From Octopus vulgaris (taxonomy: Eukaryota): a stretch of 64,000 nucleotides of DNA. Made by a program: the position numbers and the translations under genes. Of the stretch, positions 43,113 through 57,699 are shown in pieces. The notes under the pieces were generated by a model. The model was not told where the DNA came from. It ran no database searches and saw nothing but the letters and a program-made list of their open reading frames with translations. The first letter of the stretch is position 1. Every line of letters begins with the position of its first letter. The DNA lies in NCBI GenBank assembly GCA_951406725.2, contig OX597836.1:5208001-5272000 (forward strand), in the 5' to 3' direction.

Positions 43113-43345
43113 TAGAAATGGGCTGTTAAAGGTCTTAGCTGAAAAGTCAACTTCACAGACTCAAATGCCCAGACGTAATTAAATGAACATTCGGGTCCAT
43201 AACTCATCGGGAGCAAACGATGTAGACTTTGCTTGGCCGAGAAACCAAGCATCCTGAGGAATTCGCTTGAAACTAGGCTGTTTTCAACTGCAGAAAAGAA
43301 CTGTTTTGTCAATGTTCTCATCACCAACAATTCCTGTTGCAAGCT
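43113..43345 (+). pseudogene. Penelope-like element ORF C-terminal fragment (end of the GIY-YIG region)
   Basis: GSKRCRLCLAEKPSIL from 43209, then after a frameshift FNCRKELFCQCSHHQQFLL, matching the PLE SKRCxLCLxEK...LNxRxExxxxCRHxxxFLL signature. Confidence 0.75.
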
Positions 43346-43864
43346 TCGAAAATCCATATTTTAGGACGTATGGGACATAACCCCATCCCGCCCGAAACAC
43401 TACATGCAAGACTTATTTCGGATGTATTTTTTTGTTTAAAAAGCTAACCGACCATGATGTTTCTCGCCCTCCAGTTGCAGTAAGTCTATGTGCCTTCCGC
43501 CATTTGAGTGTGGCGAGTCACCTATTCAGCTAAACTCTTAATATGCATAAAATCAATGGTTCCTTTCTGACTCGGCATAACGATCAACCTTCTAAATATA
43601 TAGCTACTCTCATATTTTAGAGTGTGCTATTTGTGTGGGTATGTGTGTATGTGTGTGTTTGTGTGTCTGTTTGTATGTGTCTGTGTGCTTGTGCGTGTTT
43701 ATTATATGTATGTGTCTATGTATGCATATACATGTATATACATATATATATATATATATATAAACTTGCTGCCATACCTATATTCATACACACACACACA
43801 CACATATATATGTATATATATTTATATATATATATATTTATATATATATATATATATTTATATA

Positions 43865-43924
<60 letters not shown>

Positions 43925-44263
43925 CACACGATAAAACAAAAAGCTTAAGTATATTTGGACACCTCAATACACGACTGTCTTAAAGACGTCAATTCCATAT
44001 GTTATTAGTAAACAGAGATACGTTATTCAAATCCATCTGTATATTTTTCTGTAAAAATATTTCTCCATTCATTTGTGACAAACAATTCCTTTAGAATCAA
44101 AAGCTATGCAATATCTCCGCCGAATGATTGAAAAGTCTCATATATATCTATTCATCAATCTAAATGTGTGTATGTATCTTTCTATGCATAAATCTTTTGG
44201 TCGCTCTGGCCCTGTCTCTCTGTCTATTTGTTTCTCTCTCTATCTCTCTTTCCCTCTCTCTCA

Positions 44264-44301
<38 letters not shown>

Positions 44302-44655
44302 ACAATTTATGTGTGTATAAATTTATAAACTCGCATGCATATATAAACACATGTATACATTCTGATTCAGGAGTCTTACCTGCATATACATGCATATTCG
44401 TTTCACTTATACATATTCAGGAATGTTATACACACACACAGACACATACACAAACACACACATACATATATATGTGTGTGTGTGTATGTGTGTGTGCGTG
44501 TGTCTTATGTGTGTAAGTTTGCGTATGTATGTTTATATATATCAATATGTATACGATATATATATGTGTGTATATCTATCTATATATATATATATATTAG
44601 ATTCACATAAACACACGCACACTCATATCTATATCTATATCTATATCTATATCTA

Positions 44656-44754
<99 letters not shown>

Positions 44755-45502
44755 CGTACACATGCACACACATGCATGCTTGTACATATATGTATATATA
44801 TACACATAAATATATAAGCACATTATCGCACAATGCCATAGAAAACTATGTTTATTTCGATCATGATTTTTGCTTTAGATAATTTTTTTTTTTTTTGACA
44901 GTTCTAAAAATTCAACTCTTATTCCGAAGTTCTCTGACATTGCATTATATTGTCTCTTGCTTTTCATTTCAATCAACGTAGAAATATCTCTCAGTTCTAC
45001 AGAAATTGAAGAATGAATTATGCATTTCTTTCAAAATTAACTTTTCAGCATGAAAATTTTTACATTATCTCGTTGAATATACAATTGTCTTTTCATACGC
45101 TCTCACCAAACTATGAAGCTCTTCTGGCTTTCTATGTGTCTCTGAGCTTGCTCTCTCGTGTTGGTGTATATGTGACTAGTAAAATTGTGTATGTCCCTTT
45201 CTCGCTCTCCTACTCTCCCTCTCTCTCTCTCTTTCTCTCCCTTTCTATCTATCAATCTCTCTCTATATATATATGTGTGTGTCTGTGTCTGTGTGTGCAT
45301 TTGTGAGTTTATATATGCAAATAAATATTGAGGCATTTATATATAGATGCGCACACACTTATATGTTTGTATATATTCCCCTCTCTCTCTCTCTCTCTCT
45401 CTCTCTCCCTGTATATATATATATATATATAATGAGGCAGAGAGAGATGTATGTATATAGGTAGGTAGGTAGGTAGGTAGGTAGGGAGGTGGGAAGGAAG
45501 GA

Positions 45503-45689
45503 AGTTTTAGGGATTCATAGCGGAGAAGATATGATATTGTTATGGGTTCGCCCTAGGCAATAAGTTAAAAATGGACCCTAAGTAAGGCATGTATAAAATT
45601 TGAAGGAAATTGGTTATGTAGTTCTCAGGTTTTAGGGATTCATACAGACAAACAGACAGACACAGATTCTCAGGTTTAAATATATAGAT
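45503..45689 (+). mobile_element. Possible non-autonomous Helitron/Helentron-type (HINE/Lep1-like) fragment
   Basis: AAAATTTGAAGGAAATTGG..GTAGTTCTC...(ACAG)n...TATATAGATT layout recalls these elements. Confidence 0.4.
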
Positions 45690-46151
45690 TAAACGATTAA
45701 TTTGATGTTTCATTTTGCTTTTAGTAAGATACTATAAAGGTATGAATAACTCAAATGGAACACAGAGCGATGAGAACTAGCAGGCCAAAGCTTCGATGTT
45801 TCCCTTTTTGTAAATGTATACATAAGTAGGTATTTTACAAACAGCTTGGTGTAATTATTCAGTATAATATAACTGGGTTATGGATTTTGTAATCACTCAA
45901 CATAAACGCAAACATACATGCATGCACACATACATACATGCACACACACATGCATATATACACACATATACATGCACGCATCAATATACACATTCATAAA
46001 GAGAAACATATAAATGCACCGACGGCCAGACTTACAGGTAGATAGATTGATAGATTAACAAACATACAGATACACACAAAGTTAGATAGATAGACATATA
46101 GATAGATAAATAAATAGATAGATGAATAATAAATACATACATGGATTTTGG

Positions 46152-46182
<31 letters not shown>

Positions 46183-47475
46183 TATATATGTATATATATA
46201 TATATGTGCATATATATATACATATCATACATACATATATATTTGTATACATAATACATATACATATATATATACTGCATATATATATATATATATGAAC
46301 ATATATATCTGCAATATTTAGATATATATATACGTATACATATGTATATAATATATATATATGTATACAATATATATATATGTGCCTGTGTGCAGTATAT
46401 GTATGTATGCAATATACATATGCATATATATATATATATGTATGTATATATGAAAGAATGTCATAAGCAGAGTAAGACTACACGCCCGAATAGGGAAGGT
46501 GTTAATGACGAGGTCAGAGATGTGTGACGAATGATTTTCGGAAAACAGGCATAGGTTAGACTAAGAGCAGTAATAAACGAGCGAAGAACGAATGTACAGT
46601 ACCTGTGTTCATTTGGCAATGAAATGGCCCTACCCAAATAAAACAGCATATATATATATATATATATATGAGTGTATATATGAATGTATATATTTATGTA
46701 TGTATGTATGTATGTATGTATATATGTATGTATGTATGTAGAGAGAGAAAGAAACAGAGGCAAACATTGTTAGTGAGAGGGTGAAACTGTGACAAAGGGT
46801 TTATTTCTCGTCAACGTATGTTCAGTAGAGAAATGCTAAAGCTCATTATTGTTTGTGTATTTGGACGGTAAATTCTTTTTCGCTCGTTCTCGTTCGTTTT
46901 TTATATTATTCCTGTGTTTCACTTTTTGTATTTCTTGAAAAGGAATAAATGTGCGTGTTTTATTAATTTCCTTAAGATTTGGCGGTGAGATAATGATGAT
47001 GGAGCATATTTTTACCTTCTTTTTCTGAGCACACATGTAAAGCTTCGAATGAAAATTTTATGAAGGTTCTTTTAAGAAAGTAATTAAAGACATATCGATT
47101 ACCTATATCTCGACTAAATGGTATATTTCACGGATGATTGATTTCAGGAATTGTATTTTATATAACTTTGTTTCTGCTGTGTATGCATGCGCGTGTCAGC
47201 TGTTTTTCTTTACAACTTATTTGACATTTATTCAAGGCCATTTATTTAACAACTTGTCTAAATATTAGCTGCAAAATAAAGGGATCAGCAGAAGTGAAAA
47301 TTTTACATTGTCGTTCGACAATCGCAGTTTGTTTACAATACATGGCAGCCTGAGAATAAATATTTCCTTTTCAGCAATATCTTGAGATTTTTCGCATATG
47401 GTGTTTCGAGAATTGGTAATCGAAGAGTTAACATATATATAAACACATACATATATACATATACTAACATATATA

Positions 47476-47630
47476 GGGAGAGTTTACGGAAAAAATAAAC
47501 AAAAGACGAAGACAGGTGGTGGTGTACAGAACAAACAGATGTATTAGTATAACGCTCAGGAATAGAAAAAGTCTTTTACGTTTCGAGCCTACGCTCTTCC
47601 ACAGAAAGGGACACAGTAAAAAACAAGGTG
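47476..47630 (-). mobile_element. Family A element (motif about 47573-47608, CUGUGGA variant)
   Basis: Minus strand CTTT-CTGTGGA-A-GAGC(GTAG)GCTC-GAAACGT-A-AAAG plus tail; TA-rich flanks. Confidence 0.8.
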
Positions 47631-48245
47631 AGAGACATATATATATATATATATATATATCAAGGGTTTAGTTGTGAACGACTAGGTATACTGAGTAATT
47701 GCTTTGATTGTGCATCCGTTAGATTCCAAGTTCACAGCCGTGGCTTAAGATATGGACGCATATTGGAGTTCCGTGTCAGCAGCTATATATCATGTTCGAG
47801 GAAAAGGTCAGCATAAACCAAGGCAGGACAAGTATCTCAGGCCATTTAGAATAATTTAACAAGTGTAAGGTTTGAACCCACCGACAATCCAAATTGGTAG
47901 TGTTACAGTTATTTCTGCGATAACCCAAGTGATAGGGTATCATGTCCGTACACACATATACATATATATATATATAATGTATATTAACATAAGTATACAT
48001 ATAAATATAGATAGAACGAGATAGAAAGAAGGGGAGAGATGGTAAATAATTGTCTGTACGTATACATATCTCTGTATTGTGTATATAATGATTTTGCACG
48101 GGTGTGACTTGGAATTAGGAATACAAAATGTACTCAATATTGACAGAAAAAAATAACGTTAATGTATGAATTTTTTCTCGGGATTTATCCTTTCAATCGG
48201 TATATAAACACTCCCCATATGTATATATAAATATATATATATATA

Positions 48246-48333
<88 letters not shown>

Positions 48334-49219
48334 CATATATGCGTGTGTGTGTGTGTATATATATACACATATATATATATTTGCATGTATATATATATAT
48401 ATATATATATATATGGATAGAAAATATACATATATCAATTATTTATTAATGATAAACACATATATGTTTATATATGTATATATAATTGCGTGTGCATATA
48501 AATATGCATATGTATTTATATGTATATACGTCTGTATATATATATATACATTGATAAAACATACGGACTATAAACACAAACACACACACGCATACAAGTG
48601 CATGTACATATACTTTTTTAAATCTATAATTGTTATATATGTATGAATACGATACGCATAATTGCATATGTACATATGTATGTGTTTATGTGTGTGTGTG
48701 CCTGCTTGTGTGTGTTTGTGGGCATGTTCGTGTGTACGTGCGTGCACTTACACTACGTGTGCCTCACAAGTCTATGAGTGTCGTATGCGCTATGCTGTAT
48801 GTGAGTGTGCTAGCGGTTAGCGTGTCTGTGCATGTGTGCATCTATATGTGTATGTGTCCCTGTCTGTGCGTGAGCGTGTGTGTTCGCGCGTGCAAATATA
48901 ATTATTCATAGCATGTTAGCTTTGTTACTTACATTTGCATTATTTCAGGTTATTATAAATTTTTCACAGCATCGCAACACATATAACAAATAGAAAGAAA
49001 TAAATAAAGAAAGAAATAACGCCATTTTTTTTGTTTTTAAATATTCATATTCATAGTAAAAATGCAGTAAACATTAAAAAATTTCACAATTGGATGGGAA
49101 TGGGAATTCGCCATTTTCTTTACGTTTCTCGATTTGCTTCGACAACAATTGAAATCCTTGTTTTCTAGAAAGCATTGTTGATTTTTGCTGCTAGCAATCG
49201 CACGTGTAACAAAAACATA

Positions 49220-49380
<161 letters not shown>

Positions 49381-49652
49381 ATATTGATGTTCAATATAGC
49401 ATTAAGGAATATACAAAAAATGTTTTTTTATTTTATTTTTAATACGTAACCTGAAGGATTTTCCTCATCATATATTACAAACGGACGCACTTACAGAGAA
49501 ATTTGCATACACACAAGGCCTCCCATATATATAAACACATGTATACACACACACACACACACACTCACATATAGGAAGCTATGCCCTCACGCATACACAC
49601 ACTCACATGTATAGAGATACACACATATACATATATATGTTCGTAACTATAT

Positions 49653-49684
<32 letters not shown>

Positions 49685-49709
49685 GTATATGTATATAAGT
49701 GTTTGTGTG

Positions 49710-49741
<32 letters not shown>

Positions 49742-50068
49742 ATCCTGCAAAATGCAATTTATATTTTCATTTTCTTTTGGTTACATTTTATGCAATGTTA
49801 ACTTTCCATGTATAAAACATAACCAAGTAATGTTCTATTATTTTTTCATGTGACTGTGTATTTCCTTTGTCCTGCGGCTGTGTCTAATAGTTTTAATATT
49901 CTTTATCAGAAGAGAAATTGCCGCAGGTATGTTTGTAAAGTTATGTTTCCCTTCTTCTGGTATCTTGAACTTTTGTTCAATAGAACGATCTCTCAATTGA
50001 AAACGTGTAGATATGCATACTGCTCCGAGTTCATGCCCATGAATTCACACACACGCATAAACGCATTT

Positions 50069-50142
<74 letters not shown>

Positions 50143-50588
50143 ATGTGTGTGTGTGTAACTGATGTACATCGCATATATGTATATTATTTTGTTGTAAGGC
50201 AATATCTGTATTTGTAAAAGATTTCAATAGGTTTATTTGAATTGTAATTGCCAATGTGTTTACACATTTTACTATGAGGAACAGAGGTGTCCTTAATATT
50301 CACTTCCTTCGACGTGCATGGCTTCCATAACAATCTTTGAGTCGCTTAGTTTATGCAAATGAATATCCATGTCTTTCCGCAGTAGCAATCTATCCATAAG
50401 ATGATGGTTGCCGTGAAGGTACGAATCTTGAGGAAAACACACTGACATGCCTTGTACTGGAGTACGGGATTGGGTCTTGTACAAAGAGAATAGTATTCAA
50501 TCAGGCACTCCATTCAGATTGACATATTTATGTGGGTGTCATAGGTACAGGCGTGACTGTGTGATAAGAAACGTGCTAATCAACCACA

Positions 50589-50632
<44 letters not shown>

Positions 50633-50635
<3 letters not shown>

Positions 50636-50786
50636 CTATATGAAAATAGACAAAAGACGAAGGCAGGTTTACGGAAATAAACAAAAGACGAAGGCAGGTG
50701 GAATACAAACAAACAATTGTATTAGTATGGCGCTCACGAAATATAAATAAAACAAGTCTTTAACGTTTCGAGCCTACGCTCTTCAA
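50633..50786 (-). mobile_element. Family A element truncated within the ribozyme box, tail partly duplicated
   Basis: ACAAAAGACGAAGGCAGGT twice; ends ACGTTTCGAGCCTACGCTCTTCAA then (TA)n. Confidence 0.8.
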
Positions 50787-51719
50787 TATATATATATGTA
50801 GGTGTCCTCTCTTCTTCTGCTTTGTTAACGCTGTGACAGTCTTCATTGTCCATTTGTTGTGTTGGTGTGCCGAAGCTGGGTTGATTAAGCAGTGACGGAA
50901 ATCTTACTACGAAACGTGAAAATCTCCGTCACTGGAATGTTCAGGCAGCTCTTACTTGATTCAGATCTCCTATGACATTTTGGTAATACAAGAAATCAGA
51001 TAATCAGACTGCAGTGTCTTCGGAGGTGGCATTACAGTGGGAGAACTTGTTTTCATGAAGGCTGCACCATATGTGGAATCGATCCTTGATCCTGCTCCTT
51101 ATTTCCAGTTTCTCTGACGAAATGAAAGGCGATTTACACCTTCAGTACCCGCATAGTTCGAGGCGTTTTCGCAATGTTTAGCCAACGCTGGACTTGTGTT
51201 TCCTGAAACGCGAAAAAGGCGCCGTTTGGCTGTTATTCCCTCCGTTATGTACAGATTAGAAGATTTTAATTTAAATAAAACATCAGCAGCATTAGCGAAT
51301 CCGCTTCAAAATGATAAACATGGTTGCTTTAAAATTTTGGTTTTTAATATAATTACACTCATAAATATAGATCAAAATTTTAAAAACAAAATTTAATTTT
51401 ACAAATTACATTTCAATATGCAACACAATTTCTTATTGCATACGATAAATAATGTTTAACCTATTCATGACTGGAAGTAAATAGCATTATGTTAGCGATC
51501 AAAAATGTATAAATGATGTGTTAAGTTGCATACGGAGAACGAATATATCAACTTAAAACTTTACCTCATACATTGAAAAATATTCCAATATTTTCGGTAT
51601 CAGATAATCACATGATAAACGGAAGTATATAAATACAATTGTAAACAAAAAGACGGAGAAATTGCAAAGTTTTATTTAGCACTTAACAGCAATATAAATA
51701 TATATTTATTAATAAAGAA

Positions 51720-51821
<102 letters not shown>

Positions 51822-52067
51822 TTACAAGGTGAGCAAAAGTGTACGTACGCCGCTATATGTAAGTATAAACGTATCCACCATCAACACAATCAAGATACAC
51901 ACGGCCAGTGTAATGAACATATTAGGCTTAAGTTTGCGCTGAATACCTCATTAAGTAATGTCCATAATACATCATTAGGTAATTAGGTAATGTATATCTG
52001 AATACCAATCGATCTCACCCTCTTCCTGTAATGGTTTGAACTTGTTGGCCACCTTATTACTACCTCT

Positions 52068-52204
52068 AGCTTCCGTCTACCAAATCCACTCACAATTCTT
52101 AGGTCAGCTCGAGGCTATAGTAGGAGACATTTGCTCAAGTTGCCACTCAGTGTGACAGCACTCGGAACCATGTTTTTGAGAAGCAATCTTCTTACCTCAC
52201 AGCT
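52068..52204 (-). mobile_element. SINE family 1, 5' half
   Basis: TTCCGTCTACCAAATCCACTCACAA...GAGGCTATAGTAG. Confidence 0.75.
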
Positions 52205-53236
52205 ACATGTGAGCGTCTGTCGTTTGTGTTAATGTGTGAATCAGTATATATATATATATACATGTGGTTATGTGCGTCTTTTAATGTCTCTGCTCTGTAG
52301 ATGCAGAATATGACAGAATTCTGTAGCTGAGGAAACAGAAAAGCTTTCTGCTTCATGAACAAAGAAATTTCATTAAAATTATTCTAATAATAAATATCAT
52401 GGAAAACATGTTAACATTATAAGAATTCTGTTCCCATCAGATGTTTAATTTTATTAATTAGTTAATTGAATGATTAATTAATTGAAAGGTTTAAACAATT
52501 CATCCCTTTCCGTGAATTTTCTTCTTTTTGTATGCGTTATATTTTGCAATTTACATTTATGTTAAAACAAACAAACGTACAAACTCAAAATATTCTTAAA
52601 AGTATTTTGCAAACCGAGATTTTAATCAAAATCTATCGCATCTAATTCGATGTAACCTCTTTTCTGTGATCTTTCTGATTTATTCAATTGACGAAAAGCA
52701 GTATTACATGTTTATATTCAAAGATATATGACATGTTAGTAAGATAAAAGAAAAGTCTAAGCTTAGTCACTCCTCTGAGGGCAGTTGCATCAAACTCTCT
52801 CATGCACCAAATGTCAATTGCTAAAAAGCATTCGTGAAGTGAAATTATGTAGCAACTCCAAATGGTAAGAACAGCCTCGGCATTTCTTCTGTCTTTGTTT
52901 TCTGGTTTCAAGTTCCGTCGAAGTCTCATTTGTCTTTTATCCTTTCCGAGGTGGATGAGAGAATTAGTCTTTAACACCTGGTCCCCCTCCACTAGTCCCC
53001 ACACCTAAATTTTTTCAGACCATGCGCCTATAATGGAATGCATTATTATTATCATTTTCAGTCACAGTAAGTTTGCAAAATTCTTCGAGACAAAAATGAC
53101 GCGTCATACTCGTTCGAACTCCTCAACTTCGCTTTGCGTTCCCAAAATGAAATAATGCACCATTCAAATGGTTCATCCCTCAAAATTACTGGTATTCTGT
53201 GTAAATTAGAACCCTTTACTATCATAATAAAAGTTC

Positions 53237-53620
53237 CTAAGGCTGCAGAGCTGACAAAACCCATAGCACACAGGACGAAATGCTGCTATATCTTTAAGTT
53301 CTGAGTCCAAATGCCATCGAGCTCGATTTTACCTTGCACCCTTTCAAGATCGATAAAATAAGTACCATTTGGTACCATTGTGCATTGCGGTCCATGTAAA
53401 CGACTAGTGCCCACAACGCCAAATTTCAGGCCTTCTGCCTATATTAAAAAGAATTAGCATAGCAGTTCCTAAGGTGGCGACCTGATAAAATGCTTTGCCG
53501 TATATCTTCCGTCTTCACCGTCTCAGTTCAAATTATGCCGAGCATTGTGACCGATGTAATCAACTCAATTCTCCCACCAAACACTGCTGGCTTTGTTTCA
53601 AAATTTGAAACCATTATCAT
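53237..53620 (+). mobile_element. Two head-to-tail SINE family 3 copies (degenerate copy also at about 52850-53050)
   Basis: TAAGGCTGCAGAGCTGAC...TCGATAAAATAAGTACC...CAGGCCTTCTGCC, then TAAGGTGGCGACCTG...AAATTTGAAACCATTAT. Confidence 0.65.
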
Positions 53621-54193
53621 TCTTATAAAAGTTCGTATAGAACATAAAATCAACGAGCCGTATATAATATTCATCAACGGGAAAAGCATGATATATAATC
53701 TAAACCATTGTTTAAACCTTATGACACATTCGTTGGCGATAAGAAAATTGATCTATGGCCTAATTTAATTAATCTCATTAGCGTTCTTAATTATCGCAAG
53801 TAACAGCAGAAACGTTAAACGTGATGGGCGAGCGAATATTCGCATCGACAAGAAAGGAATTCGAATTTAAATTGGAGGTGTGTAAATTATGAGTTGTAGT
53901 GTATTAATTATTGAAATGCCACATTGGTTCAGTAGTCGAGAATAACCTCCAAAGAATGGTCACTTGGTGTCACATAAAATTGATATTTTTATTATGAAAA
54001 TTTTATTTCGTCGTTTATTTTAATACAGTTGTCGATTTGTTTAGGAAATGAAAAGTAGAAAAGCTCAATGCATGGACATCACGATGAATGGGCGATGAGT
54101 CATTCCGTTGCTAATGAACGATTGTCATTCGTGTGTGTGTATGTATACATATTCACACATTCATATATATAGATATACCTATATATGAATGTG

Positions 54194-54249
<56 letters not shown>

Positions 54250-54298
54250 CAGGTACACCACCTGTCTTCGTCTTTTGTTTTTTTCGTGAACTCTCACT
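54250..54298 (+). mobile_element. Family A tail-only fragment inside (TA)n
   Basis: GTACACCACCTGTCTTCGTCTTTTGTTTTTTTCGTGAACTCTC. Confidence 0.75.
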
Positions 54299-54331
54299 AT
54301 ATATATATATATATATATGAATATGTGTATG

Positions 54332-54384
<53 letters not shown>

Positions 54385-54456
54385 CATATACCGGAGTAAG
54401 CGCATGAATGTGAAACAAGGTGGAAAAAAGAGTACTCAACTACCAAAGGTAGAGTA

Positions 54457-54618
54457 ATATGCTTTACTTAAAAGCACCAGAAATATAACGAAAGCTGTTA
54501 CTCAAAGTTTCACATTACCATTTCTATTCTATTTTAACAAAACCCCCGACGAACGGGAACGTGAAACTCTAGGTAACAGCTTTTGTTATATTTCTGCTGC
54601 TTTTAAATGAAGTGTATG
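54457..54618. repeat. Imperfect inverted repeat (~62-bp arms) with hammerhead-like motif family D at 54546-54579 (+)
   Basis: CCGACGA-ACG(GGAA)CGT-GAAAC-TCTAG-GTA-ACAG; the downstream tail is the reverse complement of about 54457-54519. Confidence 0.65.
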
Positions 54619-55718
54619 TATATATATAGTGACGAAGGAAAGAAAGGTACCTTTTACGTCTCGGACAAAGCCCTTCGTTGGAAACGGAGGAAAGTTTAAC
54701 ACAAAAGGAAGACCAATAACTAAGGTTAAAAAGAAAGAAATCTCTTTGCCAATATGCTGAAACATAGGACCTAAATCGTCTTTGTGGGTAATAATATAAG
54801 TGAAAATATGTTACGCGTTTAGAAGAATTAGTGTCTATTTTACAGCTTGTTGGCGAAGAAATTATTTTTCTTTTTGCCTTTATCTGTAATTGTATTTATA
54901 ATTTTCACCTTAAAATGTATTATTCATATACTGGGCATATGATAATAGGATATTACTTTTTAATAAAATTCTATCCTTATATTAGAAGTATATATGAATA
55001 TATATATATATATATATATTCACACAAACGCTCATATACACCACTCTGCAAAATGTATACGTGCACATTGCGTGTGCACATGCGTGTGTGTCTGTTTGCG
55101 TTGTTTATTAATCGCTTGAAAATTCAGAAAAGAAATCCTTTGACAGTTTCAGGCCTTTCATAATATTCGACGTGTTTAAATCAATTTTGTGATTTTCCAA
55201 CCGACCAAAAAAAAAATAATAATAATAATATTGAATGAGTGTTCGTGTGGATAGACGGATAGACATGTTTCTGTGTGATATTTGCATTTTTTGTCATTTT
55301 CAAAAAGCAATATTCAAACAAGTCTCTAACAATAACTCAATGCTGTTGACTTTACGTGGTACAGCTCTCGGGGTTTGGGGATATCTGAATTAATTATTGT
55401 ATGCATTTATGCACAAAGATATTGAGATTCACTTCCATTCATGCTGTGGGGACCATGTCAAACCCGTACATATGAGTGTCCGCTTCAATGAAGTTCAAAC
55501 ACGTTTCTGTTGATATATGCGTACTCCATATGTTCGTGTGTACTTTTGCAAGGGTTCAGCCCAGATACCACATACTTGAAAACACTAACTTTCTCAAAAA
55601 TTTACCATTATTTCATTATCCATGGAAAATACGAAACAGGCTAATGGAATTTATTTAGTAAGTGGCATTATGTAAGCTTGTATAAATGTTCAAATATACA
55701 TATGTAGGTGTGTATGTA

Positions 55719-55886
55719 GGCGTGGGGATGAGTGTGTGGTATAAAGATTGCTCCCGAAACCTCATATTTCCTGGTTAAGTCCCACTACGCAGAACCTTGG
55801 CGAAGTATTTTTCGCTATAGCCTCGGGCTGACTAAAGCCTTATGCGTGGATATCTTTGACGGACACTGAAAGAAGCCCGCCGTATG

Positions 55887-55923
<37 letters not shown>

Positions 55924-55942
55924 GTGTGTGTGTATGTGTGTG

Positions 55943-55988
<46 letters not shown>

Positions 55989-56057
55989 TGTGGTAGTTGT
56001 GGTGAGGCATTGTGTTTTATAACTTTAAAGAATGTTGTTGTCTAAGGCCATGTGTGT

Positions 56058-56123
<66 letters not shown>

Positions 56124-56335
56124 TTTGTTTCTGCCTTTGTTTCTCTGTTTGTCTTCTACCCTCGCTTCAACACCAGTGTTATTGTGTTTATGTACCCGTA
56201 ACTTGTTACTTCGGCAAAAAGAGACACAGAATAATTACTAGTTTTATGAATATTGGGGTAGTTTTTCATTCGACAAAAATAATTCGTCAAACTGGTGCCC
56301 CAGCATGTCCGCAGTCTATGGACTGAAACAACTAA
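55719..56335 (+). mobile_element. SINE family 1, degenerate, halves separated by expanded microsatellite
   Basis: CTATAGCCTCGGGCTGACTAAAGCC...GAAAGAAGCCCG and CCCGTAACTT...CCAGCATGTCCGCAGTC...GACTGAAACAA. Confidence 0.7.
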
Positions 56336-56359
56336 ATGGCGTGTATGTACGTACGTATG

Positions 56360-56880
56360 TTTTTGGTTCAAGATTTCTTGCCAATAGAGAAAGAACTGGT
56401 TTCGAACCTAGATCCAAGGCTCCTTCATTGAAATTTCAACAACAGCGTATGTATGTATGTATGTATGTATGTATGTATGTATGTATGTATGTATGTATGC
56501 ATGTATGTATGTGCATATTTGTATGTTTTGTTTTATGTATGTATTCTCATGCATATAGCTGCATATCTAGACATGCTCATATATATATTCCAATGATAAA
56601 CAGGAAAGTTTTACAGAATTTTTAGAGTTCCAGTAATGGATGGGGACTGTAGTCTTCAAATTAGCTTTCTCCTTTCTGGTTTTGAGAAACCTAATTTCTC
56701 AAGATTGGTATTTAGGCAGAGTGTTACATATCCCAGAGCTCCAATGATTACAGACATAAGCCTAAACTTGTAATCTGGTTAGATTAACTGCACATTTCTC
56801 AATACTTCAGCGTGGGTGTTCTCTTTTTCACTGATTTTCAGCTTTATTTTAACATTCGCTGCGCATCTAATTCTCATATT
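56360..56880 (-). mobile_element. RLE non-LTR retrotransposon 3' end (second family), with stops
   Basis: Minus strand IRCAANVKIKLKISEKENTHAEVLRNVQLI*PDYKFRLMSVIIGALGYVTLCLNTNLEKLGF...LQSPSITGTLKIL resembles an RLE endonuclease C-terminus (K..EK..Y, PIIIGALG); presumed 3' UTR holds (CATA)n. Confidence 0.75.
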
Positions 56881-57699
56881 TACGCATATATGTATGGTTG
56901 TGTCTATGTATGTGTGTGTGTACGCATTCATAGTTTTCTGTATGTGTGTATGCACATTATTATGCATTCAAAGAATTCGGTATAAATAATTTGCTGCTTA
57001 AAACACTGTTGCTATGCTTCGATTTATTTTCAGTAACTCACGGAACTAAACGTGGTTTAGCACGGAAAGAAGCCTACCTGGCCATGCAATGATCTAAAAT
57101 GTTTGTGACCATTTTTGCAACGATGCTCTCACACTCAATGAAGCATACATCAGAGCAGAACAGCAGCCATTTTAACTGGCAAGATATTTTTCACAAATAA
57201 ATTACGTGTGAAGTTATATATAGTTGAAAGAAAACATATCGATATAGGACAGTTCGTGTTAGTTTTTGATTGAATAAGACACCATTTATCACCCATTTTC
57301 GAAATGTGCATTCTAAGAATATTTAGATTTTTATTTTTTCGCATACAGCTATTTGCCTTAATAATTCTCATCGATTAAGCATTTACTTTAAGAAGACTTC
57401 GAGAAGAACATTACTGATTTATTGCCTAATCATTGTAATTAGCTGAATCATAATTACGAACTGCAAATCTCTAACGATCAATTCTTGGAAATTCGGCTAG
57501 CTGTCAGACAAGCTATTTATAGGCAGAATTGATAATTTCAATTGCAAATATAGTTAATTATTATCATATTGATTTCTATTAAGAATTATTTAATGTAATT
57601 CTAGCCAAAATTAATGTTTCTCTTTAATGCTACGAAATACTGCCAACCAGATCTGTGATAATAACGACAATAATATTAATACTAACAACATAATGATAT

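Noticed and set aside
50790-51270. Possible LINE 3' remnant with a CAGTGACGGA/TCCGTCACTG hairpin
   Set aside because: The peptide similarity is too faint to assign.
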